Shown here: positions 1 through 11,345 of the stretch, piece after piece
Position numbering within the stretch: the stretch's first letter is position 1
Layout of the letters: the number at the start of each line of letters is the position of its first letter
Source: Parvibaculales bacterium
GTDB taxonomy: Bacteria > Pseudomonadota > Alphaproteobacteria > RS24
NCBI GenBank assembly: GCA_049889915.1
Contig: JBMHCM010000063.1
Span: forward strand, 7,911-71,910
Length of the DNA stretch: 64,000 nt
Direction: 5' to 3'
The notes under the pieces: model-generated
What the model was told of the DNA's origin: nothing
Seen by the model: the letters and a program-made list of their open reading frames with translations, nothing else
Database searches by the model: none
Translations under genes and position numbers: made by a program

Positions 1-179
1 GGCCAATGCTATCGGGTCGGCCTGCCCATGCCACACGCATGCGATGCATTGCCCGCCTTAAAATCGCCGCCCTAAAATCGCCGTAAACGGCTGCTTTATC
101 CTCTATCAAGCGCTTTACTTGCCCGGCACGGACAGGTAGTTTGCAGCTAATTATCAGCCCCACAAGGCGGCTGGCACAT

Positions 180-2021
180 ATGATGAATGAGGCCTTGGTG
201 AGTACCGCCACGCAACAAATCCCGCAAACGCCGAAAGACCCGCAGCCGCGCCAAGCCGTGCCGGTAAAGCGTCGGCTTTTTTCATCGTGCCGCAATTTGA
301 GCCTGACGGTCAGTCTGGCATTAAGTGTCACTTTGCTGGGCTGCGGCGGCCCACCACCGCCGCCGCCAAAAGCCATTGTCGCCGCGGCCGCGCCTATACC
401 GGTCGAGAGCTTCGCACCGGCCCGTATTGAATTTGACGCCTCGCCTTATCCAGCTGCTCCGCAACGCGCAGACGGCGCCATTGTCATCGGCCTGTTGTTG
501 CCAATGGGCGATGAGCGGCAAGCCATTCGCAATCTGGCCGGTCATTTATATAAGGCGGCGCAATTGGCGCTGTTTGATGCAACGGCCGGCACACCGCAGG
601 GCGGCCGCGACATTATTTTGCGCCTGCACGATACCAAAGGGACACCGCAAGGCGCGACCAAAGCGGCCAAAGCGGCGCTGAGCGCCGAGGTTGATTTTTT
701 GGTCGGACCGCTTTTTGCCAGTTCGGCCGAAGCCATTGCCCCGCTCTTGCGCGGCCGCGATGTGAAGGCGCTGGCCTTTTCCAATGACAGCCGGGTGGCC
801 GATGACAATGTCTGGTTGATGGGCTTTTTGCCGGAACAAAATATTGACCGCATTGTCTCGGAAGCGATTGCCCAAGGGCTGACGCGGTTTGGCGCGCTGC
901 TTCCGCAGGGCCCGTTTGGCGCCCGCATTGCGGCGCAATTTGCCGCCGCCGTTGACCGTTTTGGCGGCACGGTGGTGCAAACCGAAACCTACCCGCCCGA
1001 CGCCAAAGACATGTTTGACCCGGTCAAACGACTGGCCCAATTTGACAGCCGCACCGCCGCCCATGCGGCCGAGATGGCGCGCCTCAAACAAGAAGCCGTG
1101 GCGCTATTGGATGCAACCGAAACGGCCGAGCTGCCGCGCGATGAAAATGACGCGTTGGACACGGATGCAGTGTTCAAAGCACTGAGCCGTCGGGCGCCGG
1201 AATTGGTGTCGGCATATGAAAGCCTGAAACTGACCGAGACGCTGGGCGACATTCCTTATGATGCAGTGTTTATGCCGGAAGGCGGTTTGGCGCTGCGCAA
1301 TCTGGCCCCGCTGCTGCCCTATTTCGACATTGACCCGAAGCGGGTGAAATTTATCGGCACGGCCCTATGGGATGACCCGGCCCTGTCGCAAGAGCCGCCC
1401 CTGCATGGCGGCTGGTTTGCCGCGCCCGATGGCGGCAATTGGCGCGGCTTTGCCGAGCGTTATGAGACCAATTATCGGCGCAGCCCGCCGCGCCTTGCCG
1501 CCATGGCCTATGACGCGGTGGCGCTGGCCGGTCGGCTGGCCCGCATGGCCCCCGATGCCCCCTTTACCCGCCCGCTGCTGCCCGATATGAACGGCTTTGC
1601 CGGCATTGACGGGATTATTCGTCTGCACCCGAACGGCTTGAATGAGCGCGGCTTGGCCGTGCGCGAAATCACCCGCCAGCAAGCCAGCACCGTATCGGCC
1701 GCGCCGGCCAGCTTTGTGGTGCATGACCGCCGCCTGCGGTCGGCCGAAGCCTTGGCCGCCAGCCTGCGGCAGGTAAATCCGGATTTATTGGCGCTGCCGC
1801 AAAATGCTGATGACGCATTAGAAAATGCCGCTATGGAAAACGCCGATATGCCGATCAGCGCGACCCCGCCTAACAGCGATGCTGTGGGAAATGTAGCGGG
1901 CAATCCAACGGTGCCGAACGACCAGCTGCCGGCCATCGCGCCTCAAACAAATGAGCCACAAGCAAGTGAGCCAAGAGCCGGTGGGGTGCCGCCGCTCAGT
2001 CCAATAACAAACGGGCAATAA
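180..2021 (+). CDS. LppC/LpoA-like penicillin-binding-protein activator lipoprotein (type I periplasmic binding fold); start uncertain
   Basis: Lipobox VTLLGC; IGLLLP...AAQLALFD, DTKGTPQGA, LVGPLFA, FIGTALWDD, GGWFAAPD, AYDAVALA, GFAGIDG...NERGLAV motifs; usual neighbour of hemW. Confidence 0.8.
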   Translation: MMNEALVSTATQQIPQTPKDPQPRQAVPVKRRLFSSCRNLSLTVSLALSVTLLGCGGPPPPPPKAIVAAAAPIPVESFAPARIEFDASPYPAAPQRADGAIVIGLLLPMGDERQAIRNLAGHLYKAAQLALFDATAGTPQGGRDIILRLHDTKGTPQGATKAAKAALSAEVDFLVGPLFASSAEAIAPLLRGRDVKALAFSNDSRVADDNVWLMGFLPEQNIDRIVSEAIAQGLTRFGALLPQGPFGARIAAQFAAAVDRFGGTVVQTETYPPDAKDMFDPVKRLAQFDSRTAAHAAEMARLKQEAVALLDATETAELPRDENDALDTDAVFKALSRRAPELVSAYESLKLTETLGDIPYDAVFMPEGGLALRNLAPLLPYFDIDPKRVKFIGTALWDDPALSQEPPLHGGWFAAPDGGNWRGFAERYETNYRRSPPRLAAMAYDAVALAGRLARMAPDAPFTRPLLPDMNGFAGIDGIIRLHPNGLNERGLAVREITRQQASTVSAAPASFVVHDRRLRSAEALAASLRQVNPDLLALPQNADDALENAAMENADMPISATPPNSDAVGNVAGNPTVPNDQLPAIAPQTNEPQASEPRAGGVPPLSPITNGQ

Positions 2022-3198
2022 GCGTATCGAGCAGCAAGCGGCCTTGCCGGCTGGCTTGTAGTTTTTGCGGGTCATCACTGAGCAGCCCATCGGCCCGTGC
2101 GGCCGCCAACCGAGCGTCATCCAACACCACATGACGGGCCGCCAAATCGGCCAGGCTGATGCCATCGGTCAGCCGCAGACCCAGCATCACCGCTTCCATT
2201 TGATGCGCCTCAGCATCGAGCGGTGTCAGGTTTTCCCAGCCATGCCCCTGCGCATTGACTTGTTCGCGCCAAGCGTGCGGCGCGCGCAGGGCTTGGCTGG
2301 CCCAGCGCCTGCCCAACCGGGTCAGGCGGCCATGCGCGCCTGGGCCGATGCCCAGATAATCGCCGCCTTGCCAACTGGCCATATTATGACGGCAAGCATG
2401 ACCCGATGCGGCGTGATTGGACACTTCATAGGCTGACAGACCGGCCGCCTCGCACAGAGTTTGTGTCAGCTCATAAAAATCGGCTGCCATATCCTCATCG
2501 GGCAGCGCCAATTGCCCTTTGGCGGCGAGACCGGCAAACGGCGTGTCCGGCTCGATGGTCAATTGATAAAGCGACATATGCTGCGGCGCCAATGCCAAGG
2601 CGGCTTGCAATTCGTTCTGCCAAGCGGCCAGGCTTTGGCCGGGACGGGCGTAAATCAGGTCAAAAGAACTATACGGGAAAATTTTTTGCGCCAGCAAAAA
2701 TGTCTCGCGAGCTTCCGCCGCGCTATGGGCGCGCCCGAGTTTTTTCAACGCCGCATCGTCAAAGGCTTGCGCGCCGAGCGACAGTCGCCTCACCCCGGCC
2801 GCGCGCAAATCGCGCAGATAAACATCGCTGACTTGCATTGGCCCATGCCGCGGCGATGGATTGGCCTCCAGCGAAATTTCAGCCTTATCCGCCAGCCCCC
2901 ATAGCGCGTCGATTGTTTGTAAAATGGCGCCGACCAAATCGGCCGACATAAGCGACGGCGTGCCGCCGCCAAAGAACACCGTCTGCACCGGCCCGTCAGG
3001 TCGCAACCCATGCGCATGGCGCAGCTCGGCCGCATAAGCGGTCGCCCAGACTTGCGCATCGACATCATTGGCGTGGCGCGCCACATGCACATTGAAATCG
3101 CAATAAGGACAAATGGCGGTGCAAAACGGCCAATGCAGATAAATGCCGAGCGGCGGCTTGACCCCGGTCGCGACCCGATCGGGGGCCATATTAGGCAT
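1996..3198 (-). CDS. hemW: Radical SAM heme chaperone HemW (HemN-like)
   Basis: [17 protein letters not shown] (CxxxCxxC), [19 protein letters not shown]; in rph-rdgB-hemW operon; start at 3198 or 3189. Confidence 0.92.
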   Translation of the reverse strand: MPNMAPDRVATGVKPPLGIYLHWPFCTAICPYCDFNVHVARHANDVDAQVWATAYAAELRHAHGLRPDGPVQTVFFGGGTPSLMSADLVGAILQTIDALWGLADKAEISLEANPSPRHGPMQVSDVYLRDLRAAGVRRLSLGAQAFDDAALKKLGRAHSAAEARETFLLAQKIFPYSSFDLIYARPGQSLAAWQNELQAALALAPQHMSLYQLTIEPDTPFAGLAAKGQLALPDEDMAADFYELTQTLCEAAGLSAYEVSNHAASGHACRHNMASWQGGDYLGIGPGAHGRLTRLGRRWASQALRAPHAWREQVNAQGHGWENLTPLDAEAHQMEAVMLGLRLTDGISLADLAARHVVLDDARLAAARADGLLSDDPQKLQASRQGRLLLDTLIARLLLD

Positions 3199-3871
3199 CC
3201 GGCCCAGCAATACGGTCAGAAATACGGTCGGCAAAACACGCGGCGACCAATTGCTCAAAAGCATCGGCGCGGTGCGATATGGCATGTTTGGCGGCCGGTT
3301 GCATTTCACCAAAGGTCAAATCACCACCCAAAGGCAAAAACATGGCGTCATAGCCAAAGCCGTTTTTACCGCGCAGCGGCCATACCAAAGTGCCTTCCAC
3401 CGTGCCCTCAAAACTTTCAACATGGCCGTCCGGCCAGGCCAAAGACAATGCGCAAACAAAGCGCGCCGTGCGCGGCGCATCGGGGTTTTGCTGTTGCGCT
3501 TGCTGCACGGCCATTTCGACCTTATGCATGGCAAAGTCAAAATCGCGCGGGCCATCGCCATTTTTGCCGGTCTGCGCCCAACGGGCCGAATAAATGCCCG
3601 GCGCCCCGTCTAGCGCATCGACCGCAAGACCGCTATCATCGGCCAGCGCCGGCAGTCCGGCCGCCGTGGCCGAAGCCAACGCCTTCAACTCGGCATTGGC
3701 GATAAACGTGCTGCCGGTTTCCTCCGGCTCGGGCAAGCCCAATTCACCGGCGCCAATGGTCGCCACCTGAAACGGCTGCAGCAAATCGGCAATCTCAACC
3801 AATTTGCCGGCATTGTGACTGGCAACAATCAGCTTTTCTTCCGTGAACAAACGATGCGGCATGAGCGACAA
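3191..3871 (-). CDS. rdgB: Non-canonical purine NTP pyrophosphatase (HAM1/RdgB)
   Basis: [31 protein letters not shown] motifs. Confidence 0.95.
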   Translation of the reverse strand: MSLMPHRLFTEEKLIVASHNAGKLVEIADLLQPFQVATIGAGELGLPEPEETGSTFIANAELKALASATAAGLPALADDSGLAVDALDGAPGIYSARWAQTGKNGDGPRDFDFAMHKVEMAVQQAQQQNPDAPRTARFVCALSLAWPDGHVESFEGTVEGTLVWPLRGKNGFGYDAMFLPLGGDLTFGEMQPAAKHAISHRADAFEQLVAACFADRISDRIAGPDA

Positions 3872-3878
3872 TCCTCGC

Positions 3879-4628
3879 TTACAGGCCGACAGCGGCTTTT
3901 TGCAGCGCCGTCAATTCGGCAATACCGGCTTTGGCCAAACCCAAAAGCGCCATGAATTCATCTTCGGCAAAGGCAGCGCCTTCAGCCGTCGCTTGAATTT
4001 CAACAATTTGCCCCTGGCCGGTCATGACGAAATTGCCATCCGTATCGGCCACACTGTCTTCATCATAATCCAAATCAGCGACCGGCAGGCCTTGGTAAAT
4101 ACCGCAAGACAAGGCGGCCAGCGTATCGCGCAGCACATCCTTCTCACCAGCGCCGAGCACGGCGCCCTCGACAAGACCCTCGGCCTTCATTTTTTCGACA
4201 CAGAGATAAAGCGCCACCCAAGCGCCGGTAATCGACGCGGTGCGGGTGCCGCCATCGGCTTGAATAACATCGCAGTCCAAGGAGATTTGGTTTTCGCCCA
4301 GCGCCTCAAGATTAACAATGGCACGCAAGGAGCGGCCGATCAGACGCTGGATTTCTTGCGTACGGCCCGATTGTTTACCGGCATTGGCCTCGCGGCGCAT
4401 CCGTGAGCCAGTGGCCCGCGGCAGCATGCCATATTCGGCCGTCACCCAGCCGCGACCTTGCCCGCGCAGCCATGGCGGCACGCGGGTTTCCAAAGAAGCG
4501 GTGCACAAAACATGGGTGTCGCCAAATTTGACCAGACATGAGCCCTCGGCATGTTTGGAAATACCGGTTTCGAAACTGACGGCGCGCATGGCAGAAGCGG
4601 TGCGGCCGGAGGGGCGGGAAGTGGTCAT
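3879..4628 (-). CDS. rph: Ribonuclease PH
   Basis: [37 protein letters not shown]. Confidence 0.97.
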   Translation of the reverse strand: MTTSRPSGRTASAMRAVSFETGISKHAEGSCLVKFGDTHVLCTASLETRVPPWLRGQGRGWVTAEYGMLPRATGSRMRREANAGKQSGRTQEIQRLIGRSLRAIVNLEALGENQISLDCDVIQADGGTRTASITGAWVALYLCVEKMKAEGLVEGAVLGAGEKDVLRDTLAALSCGIYQGLPVADLDYDEDSVADTDGNFVMTGQGQIVEIQATAEGAAFAEDEFMALLGLAKAGIAELTALQKAAVGL

Positions 4629-4736
4629 CAGCTAATCCTTTAATCATATACGAGGCCCGCGCCCTATCGCGCCGGTGCGAGAAATATGTAGCCCGACACC
4701 CTTGCCGAGACAAGCGGCTTGCGGATAAATAAGCGG

Positions 4737-5828
4737 ATGAGCAAACAAGGCGATTTGTCAGAGCTGACCGGCCGGGCGCAAATGATATTTGCGCAAATAG
4801 TCGAGAATTATCTCGCCACCGGCGCCCCGGTCGCCTCGAAACATTTGGCCGATTTGCTGCAACCCAGCCTGTCACCGGCCAGCATTCGCGCCACCATGGC
4901 CGATTTGGAACAGCGCGGCCTGCTCTATGCGCCGCATGTCTCGGCCGGCCGCTTGCCGACCGAGAGCGGCCTTAAATTATTTATCGATGGCATGATGCAA
5001 GTCGGCACGCTGAGCGATGCCGAACGCGCCGCCATTGCCCCCGACCTGGGCGGGGAGGCCGATATGGACACCACCTTGCGCCGCGCCGTGGAAAAGCTGT
5101 CCGGTCTGTCGGCCTGCGCCGGATTGGTTTTGGCCCCCAATGCCGAGCGCGCCATCAAACATATTGAATTTATCGCCGTCTCCGATGAACAGGTTTTGGT
5201 CATTTTGGTCGATGACACCAATCAGGTGGAAAACCGCCTCATGCCGCGCCCGCCGGGGCTGCTGCCGGCCAGTCTCAGCGAAGCCGGCAATTATCTCAAT
5301 GCCCGATTGCAGGGCCGCACTTTGGGCGAATTGCGCCGCGACACGCAAAATGAGCTGGCCCGGCTGGAACAAGAATTGGGCAGCTTGACCGCCAGGCTGG
5401 TGAAAGACGGCTTGGTCAGTTGGGGCGGGGGCAGTCCGGCGGCGGCGGGCAGCCAGCCCAGCAATAGTGAGATGTTTTCCAAATCGCTGATTGTCCATGG
5501 GCAGGCGCATTTGCTCGATAATGTTGAGGCGATGGAAGATCTGGAGCGCATTCGTCACCTATTTGCCGATCTCGACAAACAAAAGGAAATGATTGCGCTT
5601 TTATCAGATGCCGAAGCCGGGGATGGGGTGAAAATCTTCATTGGCGCACAAACGCCGCTTTTCTCCCTGTCCGGCTCGTCGCTCATCATCAGCCCCTATC
5701 AAGACAAAGAACGCGCTTTGGTCGGAGTGTTGGGCGTAATTGCCCCGACCCGCACCAATTATGCCAAGCTTATTCCGATGGTTGACCATACCGCCAAGCT
5801 GGTCTCGTCGCTTTTGGCACAAAAATAA
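4737..5828 (+). CDS. hrcA: Heat-inducible transcription repressor HrcA
   Basis: PVAS, LSPASIRATMADLE..GLL..PHVSAGRLPT, GVLGVIAPTR.NY; directly upstream of grpE. Confidence 0.95.
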   Translation: MSKQGDLSELTGRAQMIFAQIVENYLATGAPVASKHLADLLQPSLSPASIRATMADLEQRGLLYAPHVSAGRLPTESGLKLFIDGMMQVGTLSDAERAAIAPDLGGEADMDTTLRRAVEKLSGLSACAGLVLAPNAERAIKHIEFIAVSDEQVLVILVDDTNQVENRLMPRPPGLLPASLSEAGNYLNARLQGRTLGELRRDTQNELARLEQELGSLTARLVKDGLVSWGGGSPAAAGSQPSNSEMFSKSLIVHGQAHLLDNVEAMEDLERIRHLFADLDKQKEMIALLSDAEAGDGVKIFIGAQTPLFSLSGSSLIISPYQDKERALVGVLGVIAPTRTNYAKLIPMVDHTAKLVSSLLAQK

Positions 5829-5855
5829 ATCAACGCGGCTATTATGCGCCCGCCC

Positions 5856-5884
5856 CTTGACCTTTACCCGCTGCCCGCCTAACT
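5856..5884 (+). promoter_or_regulatory. Putative RpoH (sigma32) promoter of grpE
   Basis: CTTG-N18-CCTAACT, close to the alphaproteobacterial RpoH consensus CTTG-N17/18-CYTATNT. Confidence 0.55.
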
Positions 5885-5942
5885 AAGCGGCACAAGCGTG
5901 GCCCCCCGGCCGCGCCATTGCGCGCACAAGGTAGACGACCCC

Positions 5943-6530
5943 ATGCCCCATAATGATATGCAAGATGATGAGCCGAAGCTGACCCCAGAGGAAGCAGCGG
6001 TAACCGAAGAAGCGGCAGACGCCGAGACAGAAACGGAAGCGGAAAGTGAGGCGGAAACGCCGCCAACGCCGGAAGAGCAAATCGCTGAGCTTAATGACCA
6101 ATTGCTGCGGGCTTTGGCCGAGCTGGAAAACACCCGCCGCCGCGCCGAGCGCGACCGCAGCGAAGCATTGAAATATGGCGCCGTCAGCTTTGCCCGCGAT
6201 ATGGTCGGTGTCACCGATAATTTGCAACGCGCCCTAAAAGCCATTGACGATATGGAAGCCGCGCAACGCGACGGCCTGCCGGAAACCGTAAGTGCGCTGA
6301 TTGATGGTGTGGCGGCCACTGAGCGCGATCTGCTGGCCGCTTTGGCACGCCATAAGGTCAGCGTCATTGCGCCTTTGGGCGAAAAATTTGACCCTAATCT
6401 GCATGAAGCGCTGTTTGAAGCGCCGGGCACGGGGCAAGAAAACGGCACGATTATCGATGTCATTGAAACCGGCTATGTGATGGAAGAGCGACTTTTGCGC
6501 CCGGCCAAGGTCGGCATTGCCAAAGAGTAA
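5943..6530 (+). CDS. grpE: Nucleotide exchange factor GrpE
   Basis: LRALAELENTRRR, DNLQRAL, FDPNLHEA, GY...RLLRPAKV. Confidence 0.96.
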   Translation: MPHNDMQDDEPKLTPEEAAVTEEAADAETETEAESEAETPPTPEEQIAELNDQLLRALAELENTRRRAERDRSEALKYGAVSFARDMVGVTDNLQRALKAIDDMEAAQRDGLPETVSALIDGVAATERDLLAALARHKVSVIAPLGEKFDPNLHEALFEAPGTGQENGTIIDVIETGYVMEERLLRPAKVGIAKE

Positions 6531-6571
6531 AAAACGATAAAGCGGGCCGGAAAAGCCTATCGGCCACAACC

Positions 6572-6600
6572 CTTGTTGTGACGGACCCCGCTTCCTATAT
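6572..6600 (+). promoter_or_regulatory. RpoH (sigma32) promoter of dnaKJ
   Basis: CTTG-N18-CCTATAT ending 57 nt upstream of the dnaK ATG. Confidence 0.75.
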
Positions 6601-6657
6601 AAACACCACAACCGAACCGGCCGGGCCGGTTTTTGCGAACAGATAACGAGGCTTGTT

Positions 6658-8589
6658 ATGGGCAAAGTAATTGGAATTGATTTGGGCACCACAAATAGCT
6701 GTGTGGCCGTGATGGATGGCGCCACCCCGCGGGTGATTGAAAATGCCGAGGGCGCGCGCACCACGCCGTCCATTGTTGCGTTTACGGAAGAAAATGAACG
6801 CCTGACCGGTCAACCGGCCAAGCGGCAAGCGGTGACCAATCCGATCAATACGCTATTTGCCATTAAACGGCTGATTGGCCGTCGCTTTGACGACCCGGCC
6901 ACGCAAGAAGACAAGTCAATGGTGCCGTATAATATTATCGCTTCTAACGGCGGCGATGCTTGGGTTGAAGCGCAGGGCGAAAAATATTCGCCATCGCAAG
7001 TCTCGGCCTTTATTTTGCAAAAAATGAAAGAAACGGCGGAAGGCTATCTCGGTGAGAAAGTCGACCAAGCGGTGATTACCGTGCCGGCTTATTTTAACGA
7101 CGCGCAACGCCAAGCAACCAAAGATGCCGGTAAAATTGCCGGTCTGGAAGTGCTGCGCATCATCAATGAGCCGACCGCCGCCTCGCTGGCTTATGGTCTG
7201 GATAAAAATGACGGCCAAACCATTGCGGTTTACGATTTGGGCGGCGGCACATTTGACGTGTCCATTCTGGAAATCGGCGATGGCGTGTTTGAGGTGAAAT
7301 CGACCAATGGCGATACGTTTTTGGGCGGTGAAGATTTCGACATGGCGTTGGTCGAGCATTTGGCCGAAGAGTTTCAAAAAGAAAACGGCATTGATTTGCG
7401 CGGTGACAAGCTGGCCCTGCAACGGCTGAAAGAAGCGGCCGAAAAAGCCAAGATTGAGCTGTCCTCATCGGCGCAAACGGAAGTTAATCTGCCGTTCATC
7501 ACCGCTGATGCCAGCGGCCCGAAACATTTGAATCTGAAATTGACCCGTGCCGCTTTTGAAGCACTGGTCGATAATCTGGTGCAGCGCACCCGCAAACCTT
7601 GCGAGGCCGCCATGGCCGATGCCGGTGTCAGCCTGTCGGAAATTGACGAAGTGGTGCTGGTCGGCGGGCAAACCCGCATGCCGAAAATCCGCGAATTCGT
7701 TCAGCAAGTATTCGGTAAAGAGCCGAATATGAGCGTTAATCCGGATGAGGTTGTGGCCATGGGTGCCGCCATTCAGGCAGGCGTCTTGCAGGGCGATGTC
7801 AAAGATGTGCTGCTCTTGGATGTGACGCCCCTGTCGCTCGGTATTGAGACGCTGGGAGGTGTGTTTACCCGGTTGATCGACCGCAACACCACCATCCCGA
7901 CAAAAAAGAGCCAAGTGTTTTCTACCGCCGATGACAATCAGTCAGCGGTAACCATTGCCGTCTATCAGGGCGAGCGCGAAATGGCGCAGGACAATAAGCA
8001 TCTCGGCCAGTTCAATCTGGAAGGCATTCCGCCGGCACCGCGCGGTGTGCCGCAAATCGAAGTGACCTTTGATATTGACGCCAATGGTCTGGTCAATGTG
8101 TCGGCCGCCGATAAAGCGACCGGTAAAGAGCAGAACATCCGCATCGAAGCCTCAGGCGGCTTATCGGATGATGATATTGAGCAAATGGTCAAAGACGCCG
8201 AAGCCAATGCGGCCGCCGATAAGGAACGCCGTGAAGCGGTCGAAGCGCGCAATAATGCCGAGGGGCTTATTCACGCGGCGGAAAAATCAATTGCCGAGAA
8301 TGAAGACAAAATCGAGCCGGATGACAAGCAGGCGGCGGAAGCGGCGATTGCCGATTTGAAAACCGCGCTGGAAGGCGAGGATTTGGAAGCCATTACCACC
8401 AAGGCGCAGGCCTTGAGCGAAGCGGCGATGAAAATCGGTGAAGCGGTTTACAAAGCGCAGCAAGCCGAAGGCGAGGCGGCCGCGGCAGCTGACGCGACAA
8501 GCGATGGCGCCGATGAGAATGTCGTCGATGCCGATTTTGAGGATGTCACGGAAGACGGCGATACGCAGGACGACCAGAAAGCCTCTTAA
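6658..8589 (+). CDS. dnaK: Chaperone DnaK (Hsp70)
   Basis: [35 protein letters not shown]. Confidence 0.99.
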   Translation: MGKVIGIDLGTTNSCVAVMDGATPRVIENAEGARTTPSIVAFTEENERLTGQPAKRQAVTNPINTLFAIKRLIGRRFDDPATQEDKSMVPYNIIASNGGDAWVEAQGEKYSPSQVSAFILQKMKETAEGYLGEKVDQAVITVPAYFNDAQRQATKDAGKIAGLEVLRIINEPTAASLAYGLDKNDGQTIAVYDLGGGTFDVSILEIGDGVFEVKSTNGDTFLGGEDFDMALVEHLAEEFQKENGIDLRGDKLALQRLKEAAEKAKIELSSSAQTEVNLPFITADASGPKHLNLKLTRAAFEALVDNLVQRTRKPCEAAMADAGVSLSEIDEVVLVGGQTRMPKIREFVQQVFGKEPNMSVNPDEVVAMGAAIQAGVLQGDVKDVLLLDVTPLSLGIETLGGVFTRLIDRNTTIPTKKSQVFSTADDNQSAVTIAVYQGEREMAQDNKHLGQFNLEGIPPAPRGVPQIEVTFDIDANGLVNVSAADKATGKEQNIRIEASGGLSDDDIEQMVKDAEANAAADKERREAVEARNNAEGLIHAAEKSIAENEDKIEPDDKQAAEAAIADLKTALEGEDLEAITTKAQALSEAAMKIGEAVYKAQQAEGEAAAAADATSDGADENVVDADFEDVTEDGDTQDDQKAS

Positions 8590-8601
8590 GGACGGTGTAA
8601 A

Positions 8602-8623
8602 GGCGGCGGCTTTGTCCGCCGCC
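8602..8623 (+). other. GC-rich hairpin between dnaK and dnaJ (possible mRNA stabiliser)
   Basis: GGCGGCGG-ctttgt-CCGCCGCC with no U-tract, just upstream of the dnaJ RBS AAGGAGG. Confidence 0.4.
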
Positions 8624-8642
8624 GGCGATAAGGAGGCCGGTC

Positions 8643-9758
8643 ATGGCCAAAGCCGATTATTACGAGCTGTTGGGAGTGGACCGCGGCGCCGATGCGGCGG
8701 CGCTTAAATCCGCCTATCGCAAGCTGGCCAAACAATATCACCCTGACCTTAATCCGGGTGATGAGGCAGCCGAGAAGAAATTCAAGGAAATCTCGGAAGC
8801 CTATGATGTGCTGAAGGATGAGCAAAGCCGTGCCGCTTATGACCAATTCGGCCATGCCGCTTTTGAAAATGGCGGCGCCGGCGGATTTAGCGGCCAAGCC
8901 GGTGGCGGCGGGTTTTCCGGATTTGGTGATATTGGCGATATTTTTGAAGAATTTTTCGGCGGCAGAGGTGGCAGCGGCCGGCAGCAGAGGGCGCGCCGCG
9001 GCGAAGACCTGCGCGCCGAAGTGGAGATTACCCTGCAAGAAGCCTATGACGGCACAGAGCGGCAATTAAAGCTCAATCGGGCCAGCACCTGCGCGCCCTG
9101 TGGCGGCTCTGGCGCCAAACCGGGCAGCCAGCCGGTGACCTGCGGGGTTTGCCACGGCCATGGCAAAGTGCGGGCGCAGCAAGGCTTTTTCATGGTCGAG
9201 CGGACCTGTCATCAATGCCAAGGCAGCGGGCAAACCATTGCCGACCCATGCGGTGAGTGTGGCGGCCGCGGGCAAGTTGCCGAAAGCCGCACCCTGTCGG
9301 TTTCGGTGCCGGCCGGGGTCGAAGACGGCACCCGCATTCGCCTGTCGGGCGAGGGCAATGCCGGCCCCAATGGCGCGGCGCATGGCGATTTATATGTTTT
9401 TGTCTCGGTTCGCCCACACAGCTTCCTGCAACGCGACGGTGCCGATCTGTTTTGCGCCATGCCGGTACCGTTTGATTTGGCGGTGCGCGGCGGTGCACTG
9501 GAAGTACCGCTCTTGGGTGGCAAGAAGGTCAAGCTGACGCTGCCCGAAGCGGCGCAAAGCGGCCAACAATTCCGCCTGCGCGGTAAGGGCATGCCGGTAT
9601 TGCGGGCCCGCAAACATGGCGATCTTTATGTGCAAATCGACATTGAGACACCCAGCGGGCTGAGCAAGCAGCAACAAAAATTATTCGATGCCTTTGCCGA
9701 AAATCTCGAAACTGAGAATTATCCCGACACAAAAGATTTTCTCGACAGGGCCAAATAG
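8643..9758 (+). CDS. dnaJ: Chaperone DnaJ
   Basis: J-domain with HPD, G/F region, four CxxCxGxG zinc-finger repeats. Confidence 0.98.
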   Translation: MAKADYYELLGVDRGADAAALKSAYRKLAKQYHPDLNPGDEAAEKKFKEISEAYDVLKDEQSRAAYDQFGHAAFENGGAGGFSGQAGGGGFSGFGDIGDIFEEFFGGRGGSGRQQRARRGEDLRAEVEITLQEAYDGTERQLKLNRASTCAPCGGSGAKPGSQPVTCGVCHGHGKVRAQQGFFMVERTCHQCQGSGQTIADPCGECGGRGQVAESRTLSVSVPAGVEDGTRIRLSGEGNAGPNGAAHGDLYVFVSVRPHSFLQRDGADLFCAMPVPFDLAVRGGALEVPLLGGKKVKLTLPEAAQSGQQFRLRGKGMPVLRARKHGDLYVQIDIETPSGLSKQQQKLFDAFAENLETENYPDTKDFLDRAK

Positions 9759-9793
9759 GGGCCAAATAAGAGCAAAATAGAGGCGAAATAAAA
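9750..9793. repeat. Degenerate 11-bp tandem repeat x4 starting at the dnaJ stop
   Basis: gccaaataggg / gccaaataaga / gcaaaatagag / gcgaaataaaa. Confidence 0.85.
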
Positions 9794-9845
9794 GCAAGGC
9801 AAAACGCCATAGAGTTTTTGCCGACCGCCTGCTATAGCTTGGCGC

Positions 9846-10676
9846 ATGAGTGAGCAAATGAACCAACAGCTGAAACTGGTCATTAATGGGTGCGCTGGTC
9901 GGATGGGCCAAGCGTTGACCCGCTTGGTGCTGGCCGACGCGCGGCTGCAACTGGCCGGTGGGCTGGAAGCCGCCGACAGTGACGCTTTAGGCCAAGATGT
10001 AGCCGCCTTGGCCGGTCTGCCGCCCTGCGGAGTAACGGCCAGTGATGATGCGCTGCGCCTGCTGAGCCAAGCCGATGCGGTGATTGATTTCACTGCGCCG
10101 GCCGCCACGGTTGAGCTGGCCGGTCTGGCCGCGCAAGCGCGTATCGTCCACATTATCGGCACTACCGGTTTTACCGCGGCGCAAGAGGCTGATATTGCCG
10201 CCGCCGCCCGGCACGCAAAAATCGTCAAATCCGGCAATATGAGCCTTGGCATTAATTTGCTGGCCGGTTTGGTGCGGCAAGCGGCGCAAAAGCTCGGCAC
10301 GGATTGGGATATTGAAATTCTCGACATGCACCATCGCCATAAGGTCGACGCGCCATCCGGCACGGCTTTGCTGTTGGCCGAGGCGGCGGCGGACGGCCGC
10401 AATGTGGCGCTTGACGATGTTAAAGAAAGCGGCCGCGACGGCATAACCGGCGCCCGACAAAACGGTGCCATCGGCATTGCGGCGCTGCGCGGCGGCTCGG
10501 TGGTCGGCGACCATGAGGTTATTTTCGCCTCAGAAAATGAACAAATCCGCCTCAGCCACCGCGCCGAGCAACGCGATATTTTTGCCCGCGGCGCGCTGGC
10601 TGCGGCCCTCTGGGCGGCCGAGCAATCTGAGGGCCTGTATAGCATGGCCGATGTGCTGGGTCTGGCAGAGCAATAA
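9846..10676 (+). CDS. dapB: 4-hydroxy-tetrahydrodipicolinate reductase
   Basis: [29 protein letters not shown]. Confidence 0.97.
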   Translation: MSEQMNQQLKLVINGCAGRMGQALTRLVLADARLQLAGGLEAADSDALGQDVAALAGLPPCGVTASDDALRLLSQADAVIDFTAPAATVELAGLAAQARIVHIIGTTGFTAAQEADIAAAARHAKIVKSGNMSLGINLLAGLVRQAAQKLGTDWDIEILDMHHRHKVDAPSGTALLLAEAAADGRNVALDDVKESGRDGITGARQNGAIGIAALRGGSVVGDHEVIFASENEQIRLSHRAEQRDIFARGALAAALWAAEQSEGLYSMADVLGLAEQ

Positions 10677-10708
10677 TCCATAATCAACGCAAGCGTAAGG
10701 AGCGTCAC

Positions 10709-11329
10709 ATGAGCCGTTTAGTTCTGGTCCGTCATGGACAAAGTGAATGGAATGAAAAAAACCTGTTTACCGGCTGGCGCGACCCTGACCTGACCGCGCA
10801 AGGTGTGAATGAGGCGCGCGCCGCCGGCCGCGCCTTGAAAGCGGCCAATATGCAGTTTGATGTTGCCTATACCTCAAACCTGCAACGGGCCCAAAAAACC
10901 CTCGCCCTGATGTTGGAAGAACAAGGCCAAGAGCTGCCGACCACCCGTCACGAAGCGTTGAATGAACGTGACTATGGCGATTTGGCCGGTCTCAATAAGG
11001 ATGATGCGCGCGAAAAATGGGGCGAAGAACAAGTGCATATTTGGCGCCGCAGCTTTGACATACCGCCGCCCGGTGGCGAAAGCCTGAAGGACACGGCCGA
11101 CCGCGTGCTTCCGTATTTCGAAGCGGAAATTCTGCCGCTGCTGAAAGCCGGTAAGGATATTCTCATCGCCGCCCATGGCAACAGCCTGCGCGCCTTGGTG
11201 ATGTATCTCGATAAATTGACGCCGGAAGAAATCATTGAAGTGAATATCGGCACTGGTGAGCCGTATCATTATCAATTGGATGCTGACGGCACGGTGACGG
11301 CGAAAGAGATTTTGCACCCCGGCGCTTAA
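10709..11329 (+). CDS. gpmA: 2,3-bisphosphoglycerate-dependent phosphoglycerate mutase (short type)
   Basis: [30 protein letters not shown]. Confidence 0.96.
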   Translation: MSRLVLVRHGQSEWNEKNLFTGWRDPDLTAQGVNEARAAGRALKAANMQFDVAYTSNLQRAQKTLALMLEEQGQELPTTRHEALNERDYGDLAGLNKDDAREKWGEEQVHIWRRSFDIPPPGGESLKDTADRVLPYFEAEILPLLKAGKDILIAAHGNSLRALVMYLDKLTPEEIIEVNIGTGEPYHYQLDADGTVTAKEILHPGA

Positions 11330-11345
11330 TCAGCCCATCATCGAG

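Noticed and set aside
1-140. Possible 5' end of a divergent gene (rsmI is often here); the minus strand reads MHRMRVAWAGRPDSIG
   Set aside because: Too short and has no recognisable motif, so it cannot be supported from this window.
9750-9793. Short tandem arrays (also 51100-51147 and 52591-52629) as CRISPR or iteron arrays
   Set aside because: Units are 11-13 bp, abutting and degenerate, with no spacers and no cas or rep gene nearby.
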